Part shown: positions 45,618 through 55,185 of the stretch, piece by piece
Position numbering within the stretch: the stretch's first letter is position 1
Layout of the letters: the number at the start of each line of letters is the position of its first letter
NCBI GenBank assembly: GCA_963699545.1
Contig: CAVOUE010000005.1
Coordinates: 352,001 to 416,000 of the forward strand
Direction of reading: 5' to 3'
DNA length: 64,000 bases
Source: Nitrospirota bacterium
GTDB lineage: Bacteria; Nitrospirota; Thermodesulfovibrionia; Thermodesulfovibrionales; UBA9159
Translations under genes and position numbers: made by a program
The notes under the pieces: model-generated
Told to the model about the DNA's origin: nothing
Seen by the model: the letters and a program-made list of their open reading frames with translations, nothing else
Databases searched by the model: none

Positions 45618-46237
45618 TGTCTTCTCCGAAGGGAAGCTCCGGGGACAGGACCCTTTCGAAACTCTTCCGGTGGATCGGGCAAGGGCCATGGAGAACGGAT
45701 ATTCTCCACATGCTCCCGGGTGGAATATCCCTTGTGTTTCCAGAATCCGTATACGGGATACATCCCGTCATACTGCCGCATAATTCCATCCCTTATGACC
45801 TTCGCGATAATGGATGCCGCTGCGATGGAAGCGCTTTTTGACTCTCCCTTGATAAGGGGGACCTGTTTGACATCCAGGGAAGATAACTGAAGTGCGTCTA
45901 TGAGCAGAAGGTCCGCCCCGTCGGAGAGGTCCTCCACCGCCCTCTGCATAGCGAGTTTGGTCGCATTCAAGATATTGATCCTGTCTATGGTCTCCGCGTC
46001 CACGATCCCAACACCAACATCGACACAACAGCAGAGAACGTCCATAAAGAGGGATTCCCTTTCTTTCTCCGGAACCTTCTTCGAATCCCTTAGCCCCTTT
46101 ATCCTCTTTCCGGACGGGAGAACCACCGCTGAAGCCACAACGGGACCCGCCAGGGGGCCCCTTCCCGCTTCGTCCAGACCTGCGATACGGTGATACCCCT
46201 CTTTCCTGAAGGACTCATCGTAGCGGTAGATGCTCAT
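45610..46237 (-). CDS. rnhB: Ribonuclease HII (indel near the 3' end)
   Basis: GLDEAGRGPLAGPV, DSKK, SIAAASI. Confidence 0.95.
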
Positions 46238-46606
46238 CTACTCTTCTTTTGTCTGCTCCACGCTGGTCCTTTCCTTCTCCCTTATCTTGGCCGCCTTACC
46301 TTTCTTCTCCCTGAGATAGTAAAGCTTCGCCCGCCTTACCGCACCCTTCCTCATCACATCGATCCGCTCTACGGAGGGCGAATGGAGGGGGAATATCCTC
46401 TCGACGCCGATGCCGAAGGAGACCTTTCTCACCATGAAGGTCTCCCTGATGCTGGTGCCCCTCCTCGCGATCACGACGCCCTCAAAGGGCTGAATCCTTT
46501 CTTTATCCCCTTCCACAACCTTCACGAACACCTTCACCGTGTCACCCACATTGAAGGAAGGGACCTTCTTCTTGTATCCCTCTTCTACTGCATTAATCAG
46601 ATTCAT
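46238..46606 (-). CDS. rplS: 50S ribosomal protein L19
   Basis: [23 protein letters not shown]. Confidence 0.98.
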   Translation of the reverse strand: MNLINAVEEGYKKKVPSFNVGDTVKVFVKVVEGDKERIQPFEGVVIARRGTSIRETFMVRKVSFGIGVERIFPLHSPSVERIDVMRKGAVRRAKLYYLREKKGKAAKIREKERTSVEQTKEE

Positions 46607-47342
46607 TGCATTGCTCCTCCTTTATCTCAAAAAGTAATGTACGGTCTTCGTCAGTGAGAGAAACCTTTTCCAGTAGATCCGGTCTTCTCTTCAGCGTTCT
46701 CCTCAGCGCTTCCTTCCTCCTCCATCGCGCTACCTCGCCGTGGTTCCCGGAAAGCAGCACATCGGGCACTTCATATCCTTCGTACTCCGGTGGCCTGGTG
46801 TAATGCGGATAATCCAGGATCCCCCACGAAAAAGACTCTTCCACAATAGAATGTTCATCCCCAAGTGCCTCAGGGATGAGCCGCACGATGGAATCTATTA
46901 TAACCAAAGCGGGCAATTCTCCGCCAGTCAAAACGTAATCGCCGATGGATATCTCCCTGTCCACAAGACCGTCCCTCACGCGCTCATCAACGGCCTCGTA
47001 CCTCCCGCAAATGAACAGGAGCCTTCTTTTTTCCCTGGATAGGGCAAGGGCCATCCCCTGACTGAACCGTTCCCCCTGCGGGGTCATCATGATGGTGCAT
47101 GTATCAAGACCGTCTGCCTTTACGGACTTCACCGCTTTGAAAAAAGGTTCCGGCTTCAGCACCATGCCGGGTCCCCCGCCGTAGGGATAATCATCAACCG
47201 TCCTGTGACGGTCCATCGTGTAGTCCCTGAGATTGTGAACCTTGACATCGATGATACCTCTTTGAACGGCCCGTTCGAATATCTTCAAAGAAAGATATGA
47301 TTCGAAGATCCCGGGGAATATGGTTATGATCTCACAGCGCAT
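46593..47342 (-). CDS. trmD: tRNA (guanine-N1)-methyltransferase
   Basis: [27 protein letters not shown]. Confidence 0.98.
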   Translation of the reverse strand: MRCEIITIFPGIFESYLSLKIFERAVQRGIIDVKVHNLRDYTMDRHRTVDDYPYGGGPGMVLKPEPFFKAVKSVKADGLDTCTIMMTPQGERFSQGMALALSREKRRLLFICGRYEAVDERVRDGLVDREISIGDYVLTGGELPALVIIDSIVRLIPEALGDEHSIVEESFSWGILDYPHYTRPPEYEGYEVPDVLLSGNHGEVARWRRKEALRRTLKRRPDLLEKVSLTDEDRTLLFEIKEEQCNESD

Positions 47343-47523
47343 CCCTCTCCTCGCCTTTTGAGATTCCTCATTATACACCACTTTTCAGCCCCCCGGAGAT
47401 GCTTCGCCAAAAGAAGCGACTGCTGTAGGACAATGAGACCGGGAGGCCGGGAGTACTGACCGAAAGCAGAACAGCGAAGGGCATGGTGAACTTTATGAAA
47501 GGGGGCGTGAAAGGGTCGTCAGC

Positions 47524-47565
47524 TCATGGTGGAGTTCAGGACCGCAGTCCTGAACTCCACCATGA
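47524..47565. repeat. Perfect 19-bp inverted repeat (hairpin)
   Basis: TCATGGTGGAGTTCAGGAC-CGCA-GTCCTGAACTCCACCATGA. Confidence 0.9.
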
Positions 47566-47568
47566 CGT

Positions 47569-47799
47569 TTATTCAAGGATTTCAAGAACGCAGCGTTTTC
47601 CGATCTTTGTGCCTGCAGCGCCGAGTATGGTTCTCATGGCGCGGGCGGTCTTTCCCTGCTTTCCTATCACTTTACCGAGGTCGCTGGTCGCTACCCTCAA
47701 CTCAAACACCGTGGTCCTCTCGCCTTCCACCTCTTTCACGCTCACCTCGTCAGGACTGTCAACCAGAGCTCTCGCCATCGATTCCACTAACGCTTTCAT
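47569..47799 (-). CDS. khpA: KH-domain RNA-binding protein
   Basis: [13 protein letters not shown]; downstream of rpsP. Confidence 0.92.
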   Translation of the reverse strand: MKALVESMARALVDSPDEVSVKEVEGERTTVFELRVATSDLGKVIGKQGKTARAMRTILGAAGTKIGKRCVLEILE

Positions 47800-47830
47800 C
47801 TCATCCACCTCCATAGGAATTAAGAACCGC

Positions 47831-48067
47831 CTACAGGCCGGCCTTCTGCAAAAGCTTCTTCGCGATTACGGTAGGCTGTGCTCCCTGCTTCAACCAGTGC
47901 CTCGCCCTCTCCACATCGATCTTTGTCTCAGCCGGACCCTTCTGTGGATCGTACGTCCCGAGAATCTCTATAAAAGGCCCGTCCCTTCTCGCCCTGGAGT
48001 CAGATACCACCATGCGATAGAAAGGCCTCTTGTGGGCTCCTAACCTTGTCAGTCTGATCTTAACCAA
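47831..48067 (-). CDS. rpsP: 30S ribosomal protein S16
   Basis: [20 protein letters not shown]. Confidence 0.98.
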   Translation of the reverse strand: MVKIRLTRLGAHKRPFYRMVVSDSRARRDGPFIEILGTYDPQKGPAETKIDVERARHWLKQGAQPTVIAKKLLQKAGL

Positions 48068-48131
48068 AAACTCACCTCCTCAACTGTTTTCTGCCCTAGC
48101 ATTCTAATATATTTCCACCGTAAAGTAAAGA

Positions 48132-49451
48132 CTAAAATGGCGGCATCTTCGGCATGCGCATGCCCTTTTTCCCCTTGAACATCTTCATCATCTTCTTCAT
48201 CTCCACATACTGCTTGATCACCCGGTTGACATCGGTGACGGTCGTACCGCTCCCGGCAGCGATCCTCCTCCGCCTGCTGCCGTTCAGGAGATTGTGGTTC
48301 CTCCGTTCTGCAGCGGTCATCGAGCTAATAATTGCCTCCACCTTCACAAATTCCCTCTCGTCCACCGACACGTTCTTGACCTTGTTGAAACCGGGGATCA
48401 TGCCCAGAAGGTTTTCGATGGGACCCATGCTCCGTATCTTTTTGAGCTGTTCCCTCAGGTCTTCAAAGGTAAAGGACTCCCCGAGTATCTTCTCCTGAAG
48501 TTTTTCGGCTTCCTTTCTGTCAAAGGCCTGCTCTGCCTGTTCGATGAAACTCAGCACATCCCCCATCCCGAGGATCCTTGATGCGACCCGGTCAGGGTGA
48601 AAGGCCTCGATCATCTCGATCTTTTCCCCTGTGCCGATGAACTTTATCGGTTTCCCGGTAACGGACCGTATGGAAAGGGCAGCGCCGCCCCGGGCATCAC
48701 CGTCCATCTTGGTAAGGATGATGCCGTCAATGCCGATCTGTTCATTGAAGTTCTTTGCGCTATTCACCGCATCCTGTCCGGTCATGGCATCGGCCACAAA
48801 AAGGGTTTCCCTCGGATTCACCTTCGCCTTTATCTCCGAGAGCTCCTTCATCAGGCCCTCATCGATATGGAGCCTTCCCGCTGTGTCCATGATGAGTACG
48901 TCACGGGCGTCCAGCCTGGCCTTTCTCACTGCCTCATCGCAGAGGGCAACGGGGTCTTTCATCTCTTTGGAATAGAAGACCGGTACTTCAAGCTGTTTCC
49001 CAAGGGTGATCAGCTGATCGATGGCGGCGGGACGCTGAAGGTCAGCAGCTACCATCAAGGGGCGTCTGCCCTCCTTCTTGAAAAGGCGGGCAAGCTTAGC
49101 AGATGTCGTAGTCTTTCCTGAACCGTGAAGGCCCACCATCATGATAACGGTGGGCGGATTAGGTGAAAGGTGTATCTTCGTGCCGGTGCCGCCGAGAAGC
49201 TCGCGGAGCTCGTTATTGACGATCTTGATCACCTGCTGACCGGGAGTGAGGCTCTCAAGGACCTCCTTGCCCACGGCCTTCGTCTTCACACTCTGGACAA
49301 AGTCCTTTACGACCTTGAAATTGACATCAGCCTCCAGAAGGGCGATGCGCACCTCTTTCAGCGCCGCGTCAATGTCCTCTTCCTTGAGAATACCCCTGCT
49401 TCTCAGTCTTTTGAATATGGATTCGAGTTTCTCGCTTAAGGCTTCAAGCAT
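48132..49451 (-). CDS. ffh: Signal recognition particle protein
   Basis: GSGKTTT, DTAGR, DGDARGG, M domain. Confidence 0.98.
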   Translation of the reverse strand: MLEALSEKLESIFKRLRSRGILKEEDIDAALKEVRIALLEADVNFKVVKDFVQSVKTKAVGKEVLESLTPGQQVIKIVNNELRELLGGTGTKIHLSPNPPTVIMMVGLHGSGKTTTSAKLARLFKKEGRRPLMVAADLQRPAAIDQLITLGKQLEVPVFYSKEMKDPVALCDEAVRKARLDARDVLIMDTAGRLHIDEGLMKELSEIKAKVNPRETLFVADAMTGQDAVNSAKNFNEQIGIDGIILTKMDGDARGGAALSIRSVTGKPIKFIGTGEKIEMIEAFHPDRVASRILGMGDVLSFIEQAEQAFDRKEAEKLQEKILGESFTFEDLREQLKKIRSMGPIENLLGMIPGFNKVKNVSVDEREFVKVEAIISSMTAAERRNHNLLNGSRRRRIAAGSGTTVTDVNRVIKQYVEMKKMMKMFKGKKGMRMPKMPPF

Positions 49452-49969
49452 TACAGGAGGTTCTCCACCTCTTTCGAAATGGTTTCGGCAAGGCTGGGGG
49501 AAAAGCCCATATGACGCTTCACCACCCTTCCTTCTTTATCAATGATGAACATCACCGGGATACCGCTCACTCCGTAGGCGACATTCACGCTCCCGCTATC
49601 CACCATCACCGGGTAGACAACGGCATGCTCCTTTACAAAGGCGCTCACCTTGGAAAGGGCATCACCGCCCTTGTCAACAGCAATACCAAGAAGTTGGACA
49701 TTCTTATCATGGAAGTTTTCGGACACCTTGTTCAGTTCGGGGACCGCTTCTCTGCATGGCGGGCACCACGTGGCCCAAAACTCCAGGATTACTACCTTGC
49801 CTCTGAGCTCGGAAAGCCGCACGGCGTTTCCCTGGAGACCGGTGAAGGTAAATTCAGGGGCCTTGCCGCTTTCACCGACAGCCCTTTCCTCCGCCTTCTG
49901 GCATGAAACGGCAAAAAGGCACAGAGCAACGAGGCACGCGAGAACGCAGATGTTTTTCAGATGATCCAT
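49451..49969 (-). CDS. TlpA-family thiol-disulfide reductase lipoprotein
   Basis: FWATWCPPC, lipobox AVSC. Confidence 0.92.
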   Translation of the reverse strand: MDHLKNICVLACLVALCLFAVSCQKAEERAVGESGKAPEFTFTGLQGNAVRLSELRGKVVILEFWATWCPPCREAVPELNKVSENFHDKNVQLLGIAVDKGGDALSKVSAFVKEHAVVYPVMVDSGSVNVAYGVSGIPVMFIIDKEGRVVKRHMGFSPSLAETISKEVENLL

Positions 49970-50012
49970 GAGCACGAGTTTCCTTCCCGGATTTCGATAG
50001 AGGAAGACTCTT

Positions 50013-50345
50013 TCAGGAGGCAAGAAGGAAATCGATCTTTGCCTTGAGCTGCGGCTTGGGAACCGCTCCCACAATCTGGTCGACTTTCTGACCGTCTTTA
50101 AAAAACATTACGGTCGGTATCCCCATGATCTTGTAGCGGCTTGCGATGTCCGGATTCTCATCAGTATTAAGCTTCGCCACCCGTATCTTTCCCGTATATT
50201 CCGTTGCAAGCTCCTCAACCGTCGGAGCGATCATCCTGCATGGTCCGCACCATACCGCCCAGAAATCCACCATGACCAAGCCCTGACCCTGAAGAATCTC
50301 TTTATCCCATGTATCGGTCGTCACATTTACAATGCCTTCTGCCAT
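50013..50345 (-). CDS. trxA: Thioredoxin
   Basis: WCGPC. Confidence 0.97.
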   Translation of the reverse strand: MAEGIVNVTTDTWDKEILQGQGLVMVDFWAVWCGPCRMIAPTVEELATEYTGKIRVAKLNTDENPDIASRYKIMGIPTVMFFKDGQKVDQIVGAVPKPQLKAKIDFLLAS

Positions 50346-50567
50346 ATGAACCTCCTGAAATTAATTGGTCTTTAATTATATTTGCTGAACCCCCTCTTTG
50401 TCAACGCAATCCCCGTTCATCAAACGCAGACAGAGGAGAGGACATTCACTCGCCCGAAAGGCACATCCTCAAAGCGACGACAAACGTAATCATCTTTTGT
50501 TCTGTTCGCTCCGTTACAACGCCGTCCGCCTTAGCTGTCAACTGACCGAACCTCTTCAGAACAGGCG

Positions 50568-50972
50568 TCACTCAATATCTGCCGAGTAATCCGACAATGC
50601 GCCGATCGAAACTATCTTCCCTTTGAATCCCTTTCGATTAAATTTTCCATAGGCCATGGAATTATCATAGAAACGGATATGCTTTTTTTCTCTGTCCAGA
50701 TCAAACTTGCCGCCACCCACAATGACCCACGCAGGTTCAAAGATGTCATAGCGGTTGCCTTCGCTGTTACGGGACCCGTGAAGCCCTTTCTCTCTGCAAA
50801 AACGCTCTACGATATCGGCATGGAAGGAGGCAACTTCCCTGGGAGCGAGAACAAGGTATTCCGTGGTTCTGTGCCTTATCTGCACGAACTTGCCCGAAAG
50901 GTTGGACGACAGAGGCACCCCGGCTTCACGGTAATGGGAGGATTCCGAGTAATCAATAAGAATAACGTCCAT
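50568..50972 (-). CDS. Putative Janus/Ocnus (PHPT1-like) phosphohistidine phosphatase
   Basis: GKFVQIR, FHADI, GGGK, KKHIRFYDNSMAYG motifs. Confidence 0.65.
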   Translation of the reverse strand: MDVILIDYSESSHYREAGVPLSSNLSGKFVQIRHRTTEYLVLAPREVASFHADIVERFCREKGLHGSRNSEGNRYDIFEPAWVIVGGGKFDLDREKKHIRFYDNSMAYGKFNRKGFKGKIVSIGALSDYSADIE

Positions 50973-50994
50973 CCTTCCCGCTCTACCGCATCGC

Positions 50995-51684
50995 TTACTT
51001 ATTTCCTCCTCTGCCCTGCAACTTCTCAAGTGCCATTTCTGCCTGACCCTTTACGATGGAATCCTTCTCATTCTCAACAATGCGCCGGATATGGGGAATC
51101 GCCTGAGGGTTTCCGATCTCTCCCAGTGCCTTGATGGCGCTCAGCCGGATGCTGACATGCTCGTCATTTAATACACCGATAAGGTGAGGGACCGCCTCTT
51201 GACTGCCGATCTTTCCCAGGGATGATATCGATGCCTCCCTCGTAAGAAGCTCCCGGTCAGTAATACCGCTGATCAGTGCATCCACCACGCGTGAATCCCC
51301 CTTGAAGCTGCCAAGCGCCAGAGCAGTGTATGACTTTATGGCAGGACACTCCCAGTTAAGGGTGGCGTCATTGAAGATCGGCAGCAGGACTTCAATTGCC
51401 CTCGGATCGCCTGTCTCTCCCAGCAATTGGATTGCCGTCACCTTGACCACCGTGCGCTCCTCTCTGGTGTTCACAACCTCCATCAGCAGCGTTACCGTTT
51501 TTTCATCCCTCGCATTGCGGAGCTTTTCCACGGTCGCGAGACGGACCTGCCAGTCCATATTATTCAGGCTTTCCCTGACCGAGCTCATGTCTTCAACGGC
51601 ATACGACGTCCCCGGGACGATCATCACCGCGGCAAACAAGATATAAACAAACGTTTTCCCAAACAACTTTCTGTAAAGCGTCAT
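50995..51684 (-). CDS. Exported HEAT-repeat protein
   Basis: Signal peptide and repeated ALG.IG...AVP.L HEAT/PBS-lyase units. Confidence 0.88.
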   Translation of the reverse strand: MTLYRKLFGKTFVYILFAAVMIVPGTSYAVEDMSSVRESLNNMDWQVRLATVEKLRNARDEKTVTLLMEVVNTREERTVVKVTAIQLLGETGDPRAIEVLLPIFNDATLNWECPAIKSYTALALGSFKGDSRVVDALISGITDRELLTREASISSLGKIGSQEAVPHLIGVLNDEHVSIRLSAIKALGEIGNPQAIPHIRRIVENEKDSIVKGQAEMALEKLQGRGGNK

Positions 51685-51896
51685 CTTTCTTTCCTCCTTT
51701 TCCGGTATACGGTCTGTCTAAAATAAGTATACCTTATGCAGCCACAGAAAATGTGCAGCGGGCATATGGTAAAAACCGAATCACGTCGGCTCACCCGCAT
51801 GGAGAAAAGCCTTCACAGGGCAAAAGACTCGTGCCGCTTCATGCGAACAGAAAGACATGAACGCGCGACGGGACACACGCTCTGCACTCACCTCGT

Positions 51897-52136
51897 TTAT
51901 GATTCGTTAAAGAGATAGTTCAGGCCATTCTCAGTGAGTTCTAACCCTTTTGAGGGAGTTATGATCACGTAGCCTTCGTTGCGTAATTCATTCAATGCAC
52001 CATCCATTCCTGCAAAATCGGATGGTTCCCAATTGCTGGAACTGAGCGATAACTCCGACGAAGTCAACACCATGCCCGCCTTCACCTTCTCATGCTTTCT
52101 GAACAGTTCCATAATTTTCACGGCCGTTTTGCTCAT
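51897..52136 (-). CDS. Small hypothetical protein (winged-helix-like)
   Basis: AGGAG RBS; LRNEGYV...LELTENG wing motif. Confidence 0.65.
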   Translation of the reverse strand: MSKTAVKIMELFRKHEKVKAGMVLTSSELSLSSSNWEPSDFAGMDGALNELRNEGYVIITPSKGLELTENGLNYLFNES

Positions 52137-52312
52137 GTGCTCTCCTTATGACATCTATGGGTTCGCTGATATGCTGACTGCCCCTCACCCGTCCTCCATA
52201 AAATGCTATGACGTTTCACGGCTTATGTCAATGGGAGCGACAGAGCGGGAATGCCTTTCTCCGCTTGTATTGACAAGGAGGGATGACCACATGTTATTTT
52301 ATAGGCGCAAAA

Positions 52313-52387
52313 AGGCTCGTAGCTCAGGGGGAGAGCGCTTCCTTGACACGGAAGAGGTCGGCGGTTCGAAACCGCCCGGGCCTACCA
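52313..52387 (+). tRNA. tRNA-Val (GAC)
   Basis: Cloverleaf AGGCTCG/CGGGCCT, anticodon arm CTTCC-TTGACAC-GGAAG, GGTTCGAAACC, encoded CCA. Confidence 0.97.
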
Positions 52388-52395
52388 TTTAAGAT
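52341..52395 (+). repeat. attL core (55 bp, 3' half of tRNA-Val)
   Basis: Identical to 62843-62897. Confidence 0.95.
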
Positions 52396-52402
52396 CAGGT
52401 AG

Positions 52403-53515
52403 TTAGGCATTTGCGACGGCCTCTTGTTTTTGAAAACTGTGAAGTAAATGTGAAGTGTGCACTTCGTTGACCTTTATCTCCGGTGCATTGTTGAGCACCT
52501 GATCAAGAACATTCACAGCATTCGCCAGGTGTGCCGGTGCCAGGTGTGAATACCGAAGAGTCATTTTGATATCTTTGTGACCCAGGAGTCTCGATACTGA
52601 GGTGAGGTCCACACCGGCCATGACAAGATGAGACGCGAAAGTATGCCGGAGATCGTGGAAGTGAAAGTCCTGAATCTTTGCCCTTCTCAATGCGCTGCCG
52701 AATGACCGTTTAACATCCTGGTAGGGTTTCCCGCTTGTCGGATCGTAAAAGACATAGGGAACATCAAGCCTTCTGGTGAGGCCCTGCAGCGTGCTCCTGA
52801 GAGTGGAATTAATCGGGATTTCCCGGCGCTCTCCGTTCTTCGTCTTGTCTAGGAGAATAAAACCATGCTTCAGATCAATGTGAGTATCCCATTTGAGTTT
52901 CAGAATCTCGCCCTTCCGCATGCCGGTGTTGAGCGCCGTTATTACAATCGGCCTCAAGTGCTGATCGCATGCGTTGATAAGATCCCTGCATTCCTCCTGG
53001 GAGAGATACCGGAGTCTCTTGTTTTCCGGGAGCATCTTCACCTTACGGATTTTCTTCAGAACGTCCGCCTCGACCATCTCCCATTCAACAGCCTTGGAAA
53101 ACATAGCCTTCAAGACATTCAGCGTCTTGTTATTGCTGGCACCTTTCAGGCCTCTGTTTATTGTGTCTGTCTGAAGTTGTTCAACAATGGCAGTGTTGAA
53201 TCTTCTAAGAGGGAGAGTTCCGAAGACATGCAATAATTGTCCGATGATATACCCCTTCACCCTCGCTGAATTCTGACGCCCGGCGATCCATGCCGTGTAT
53301 TTCTCTGCGAGTTCCGCAAAGGTGTGATTGCTGATCTTCTTGACCTCGGGTTCCTTTCCGTCCCGGATTGTTGCTCTCCTGCCATCAAGAAGCGTTGCGG
53401 CATCATCGTATTTCTTTTTTCCCGAGGACTCTCGCCGCATTCTTCCATCGAGGCCGACGTAGCATATCCAGTAAACAGAACCACGTCGATAAATTCCTTT
53501 ACCTCTTCTTGCCAC
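52403..53515 (-). CDS. Tyrosine recombinase/integrase
   Basis: TGMRKGE, KTKNG, FHDLRHTFAS, LLGH...TLRYSH. Confidence 0.97.
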   Translation of the reverse strand: MARRGKGIYRRGSVYWICYVGLDGRMRRESSGKKKYDDAATLLDGRRATIRDGKEPEVKKISNHTFAELAEKYTAWIAGRQNSARVKGYIIGQLLHVFGTLPLRRFNTAIVEQLQTDTINRGLKGASNNKTLNVLKAMFSKAVEWEMVEADVLKKIRKVKMLPENKRLRYLSQEECRDLINACDQHLRPIVITALNTGMRKGEILKLKWDTHIDLKHGFILLDKTKNGERREIPINSTLRSTLQGLTRRLDVPYVFYDPTSGKPYQDVKRSFGSALRRAKIQDFHFHDLRHTFASHLVMAGVDLTSVSRLLGHKDIKMTLRYSHLAPAHLANAVNVLDQVLNNAPEIKVNEVHTSHLLHSFQKQEAVANA

Positions 53516-53741
53516 TCTTCATCACCTTCCTTCCCGTTTTCATTTTCGTTCCCTTCTTCTTTCTGTCACCACCTTTCTTTACCTTCAGGCATTCAAGGGC
53601 GAGATGCAAGAAGGCCGGAACTTTTCTTTCCCCTGATTCCCATTGAGAGACACAGGGCCTTGTCACTCCCAGCAGTTTTGCGAGCTGCCCCTGGCTTAGG
53701 CCGTGGCGCTCTCTCCATACTGTCAGTTTCTTAGGTTCCAT
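53499..53741 (-). CDS. XRE-family HTH regulator
   Basis: GLSQGQLAKLLGVTRPCVSQWESG. Confidence 0.9.
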   Translation of the reverse strand: MEPKKLTVWRERHGLSQGQLAKLLGVTRPCVSQWESGERKVPAFLHLALECLKVKKGGDRKKKGTKMKTGRKVMKSGKKR

Positions 53742-53747
53742 GTCACA

Positions 53748-53776
53748 ATGTTACCACAAAAGAAAGGCGTTGTCAA
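53748..53776 (-). promoter_or_regulatory. Leaderless sigma70 promoter for the HTH-integrase operon
   Basis: TTGACA-17 nt-TAACAT-6 nt-ATG. Confidence 0.7.
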
Positions 53777-53784
53777 GCATTATT

Positions 53785-53960
53785 TTCACGGGGTGGTCTG
53801 CAAGGGTCTGTGCGAAGTGGGACTGCTTGTGACTGATGCCGTTGGGAAGAGACGGTTTACTGCCTCTTTTGCCGTCCATACTTCCACCACGGGAAGTTTG
53901 CTCCTTTAATAACTCCCCCAGCTTCGCCTCGGCGTAAAGAAGTGCCTCACCCATGCGCTC
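53785..53960 (-). pseudogene. Fragment resembling the N-terminal region of phage MT-A70/DNA-methylase-associated proteins
   Basis: GEALLYAEAKLGELLK...LPNGISHKQSHFAQTLADHP; no convincing start or methylase domain. Confidence 0.45.
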
Positions 53961-54729
53961 TGGAACCGCTCTCTCGGTGCATGCTGTGGTATGGCTTCCC
54001 GTCAATCGTTCGCTCTCCGTCCATCCTGTCAAGGGCATTCTGTTACTTTTCATAAGAAATACTATTAACAACAAAAAAGAGAAGATAAAGAACGGTGGGT
54101 CTTCTCTCTTGGGTGCGTGTGGGTTCGTTCTGTTTGGTCTGTTGTGTATGTGTGCGCCCGTCGAGTCGAGGAGGTGCCTCTTGGTCGGGCGTCCGTGTCC
54201 GTAGCGGGTCTCTCTTTCCCGGGGGAGTGCGGTGCCGGTGTAGTGCGTCTCTGTCGAGGTGCGGAGATGTGGGACCGCTTCATGGTCTGGGCTTGGGTAT
54301 GGTCTACCCTTCGTCAATCGCTCCTCCTCTCTCTCTTGATGCCTGGACCTGTTCAAGGGGTGTAACGTGCCTCTTGCTCGCCAAAGGAAAGGATAAGACA
54401 GTCTCAGCGCCCTTTAGTAGTGTTTTGTTATTTGAGATCAGGGAGTAGGAGATACCATCCGGTCCCGATACCCGATGAAAATTGAACGGTTTCCTGATGT
54501 TACAGAAAACGTTACTTTTGGTAACATCTGTGCAACTGTTATTCATTAACTCTCCGATTTCTTTCGATCAAACATCAATAATCCTGTATATCAACAGGGA
54601 TCGTCCGCTTATGGTATAGAGCGTCTGATGAGGTAGACGGTCGAGGTAGACGGTTGTTGACTTCACTCTTTGGTTCACAGTTCAAATAAACCTCTTTATT
54701 TTCCATGCCTTTAAAGCCTGTCACTACCC

Positions 54730-55044
54730 TTATACGGTAGTGCTCACCCTACCCTTACGGGTGGGTTCTCCTACTCCCGGCGTCCAGTGCTTCTTTGTCC
54801 AAGCGTCGATCTCTGACTTCCTGAAGCGAAGCTGCTTATTCCCGAGCTTGAAGAAGGGGATCGTCTTCAGGTGTGTTTGCTCATAGATCCACTTATGCTC
54901 TACCTTCAGGTATCCAGACAGGCCCGGAACATCAAAGACAATATCCTCCTGGCGGTGCCCGTTGCCTGGAAGTAAGGGCTTCAGGAGTTCAAGGACCTTC
55001 TCGGCTATGGCCTCAACGTCCTGCGGTTCAAGTTCGGTTCTCAT
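54730..55044 (-). CDS. Excisionase-like HTH (HTH_17) protein
   Basis: LSGYLKV..KWIY...IPFFKLG.QLRFRKSEIDAW. Confidence 0.85.
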   Translation of the reverse strand: MRTELEPQDVEAIAEKVLELLKPLLPGNGHRQEDIVFDVPGLSGYLKVEHKWIYEQTHLKTIPFFKLGNKQLRFRKSEIDAWTKKHWTPGVGEPTRKGRVSTTV

Positions 55045-55185
55045 GCCGTCTCTGTCACGGAGCGCAGCCTCCCCCCCCCCCGTATGACCCTGAAGGCCCC
55101 GGCCCTCCTTTTTCTGGCCGTCGACCTCCTGAAAAAGAGATGATACCTATATCGAGATATTTACTGGCGTGCTGGCAAATCTTCC

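Noticed and set aside
3225-46237. Frameshifts in amrB, pilT, alaS, GGDEF gene, mlaE and rnhB as programmed frameshifting or pseudogenes
   Set aside because: Scattered single-base indels, including in essential alaS, with no consistent slippery motif; best explained as sequencing/assembly error
54625-54660. CTGATGAG as a hammerhead ribozyme core
   Set aside because: No properly placed GAAA or supporting stems
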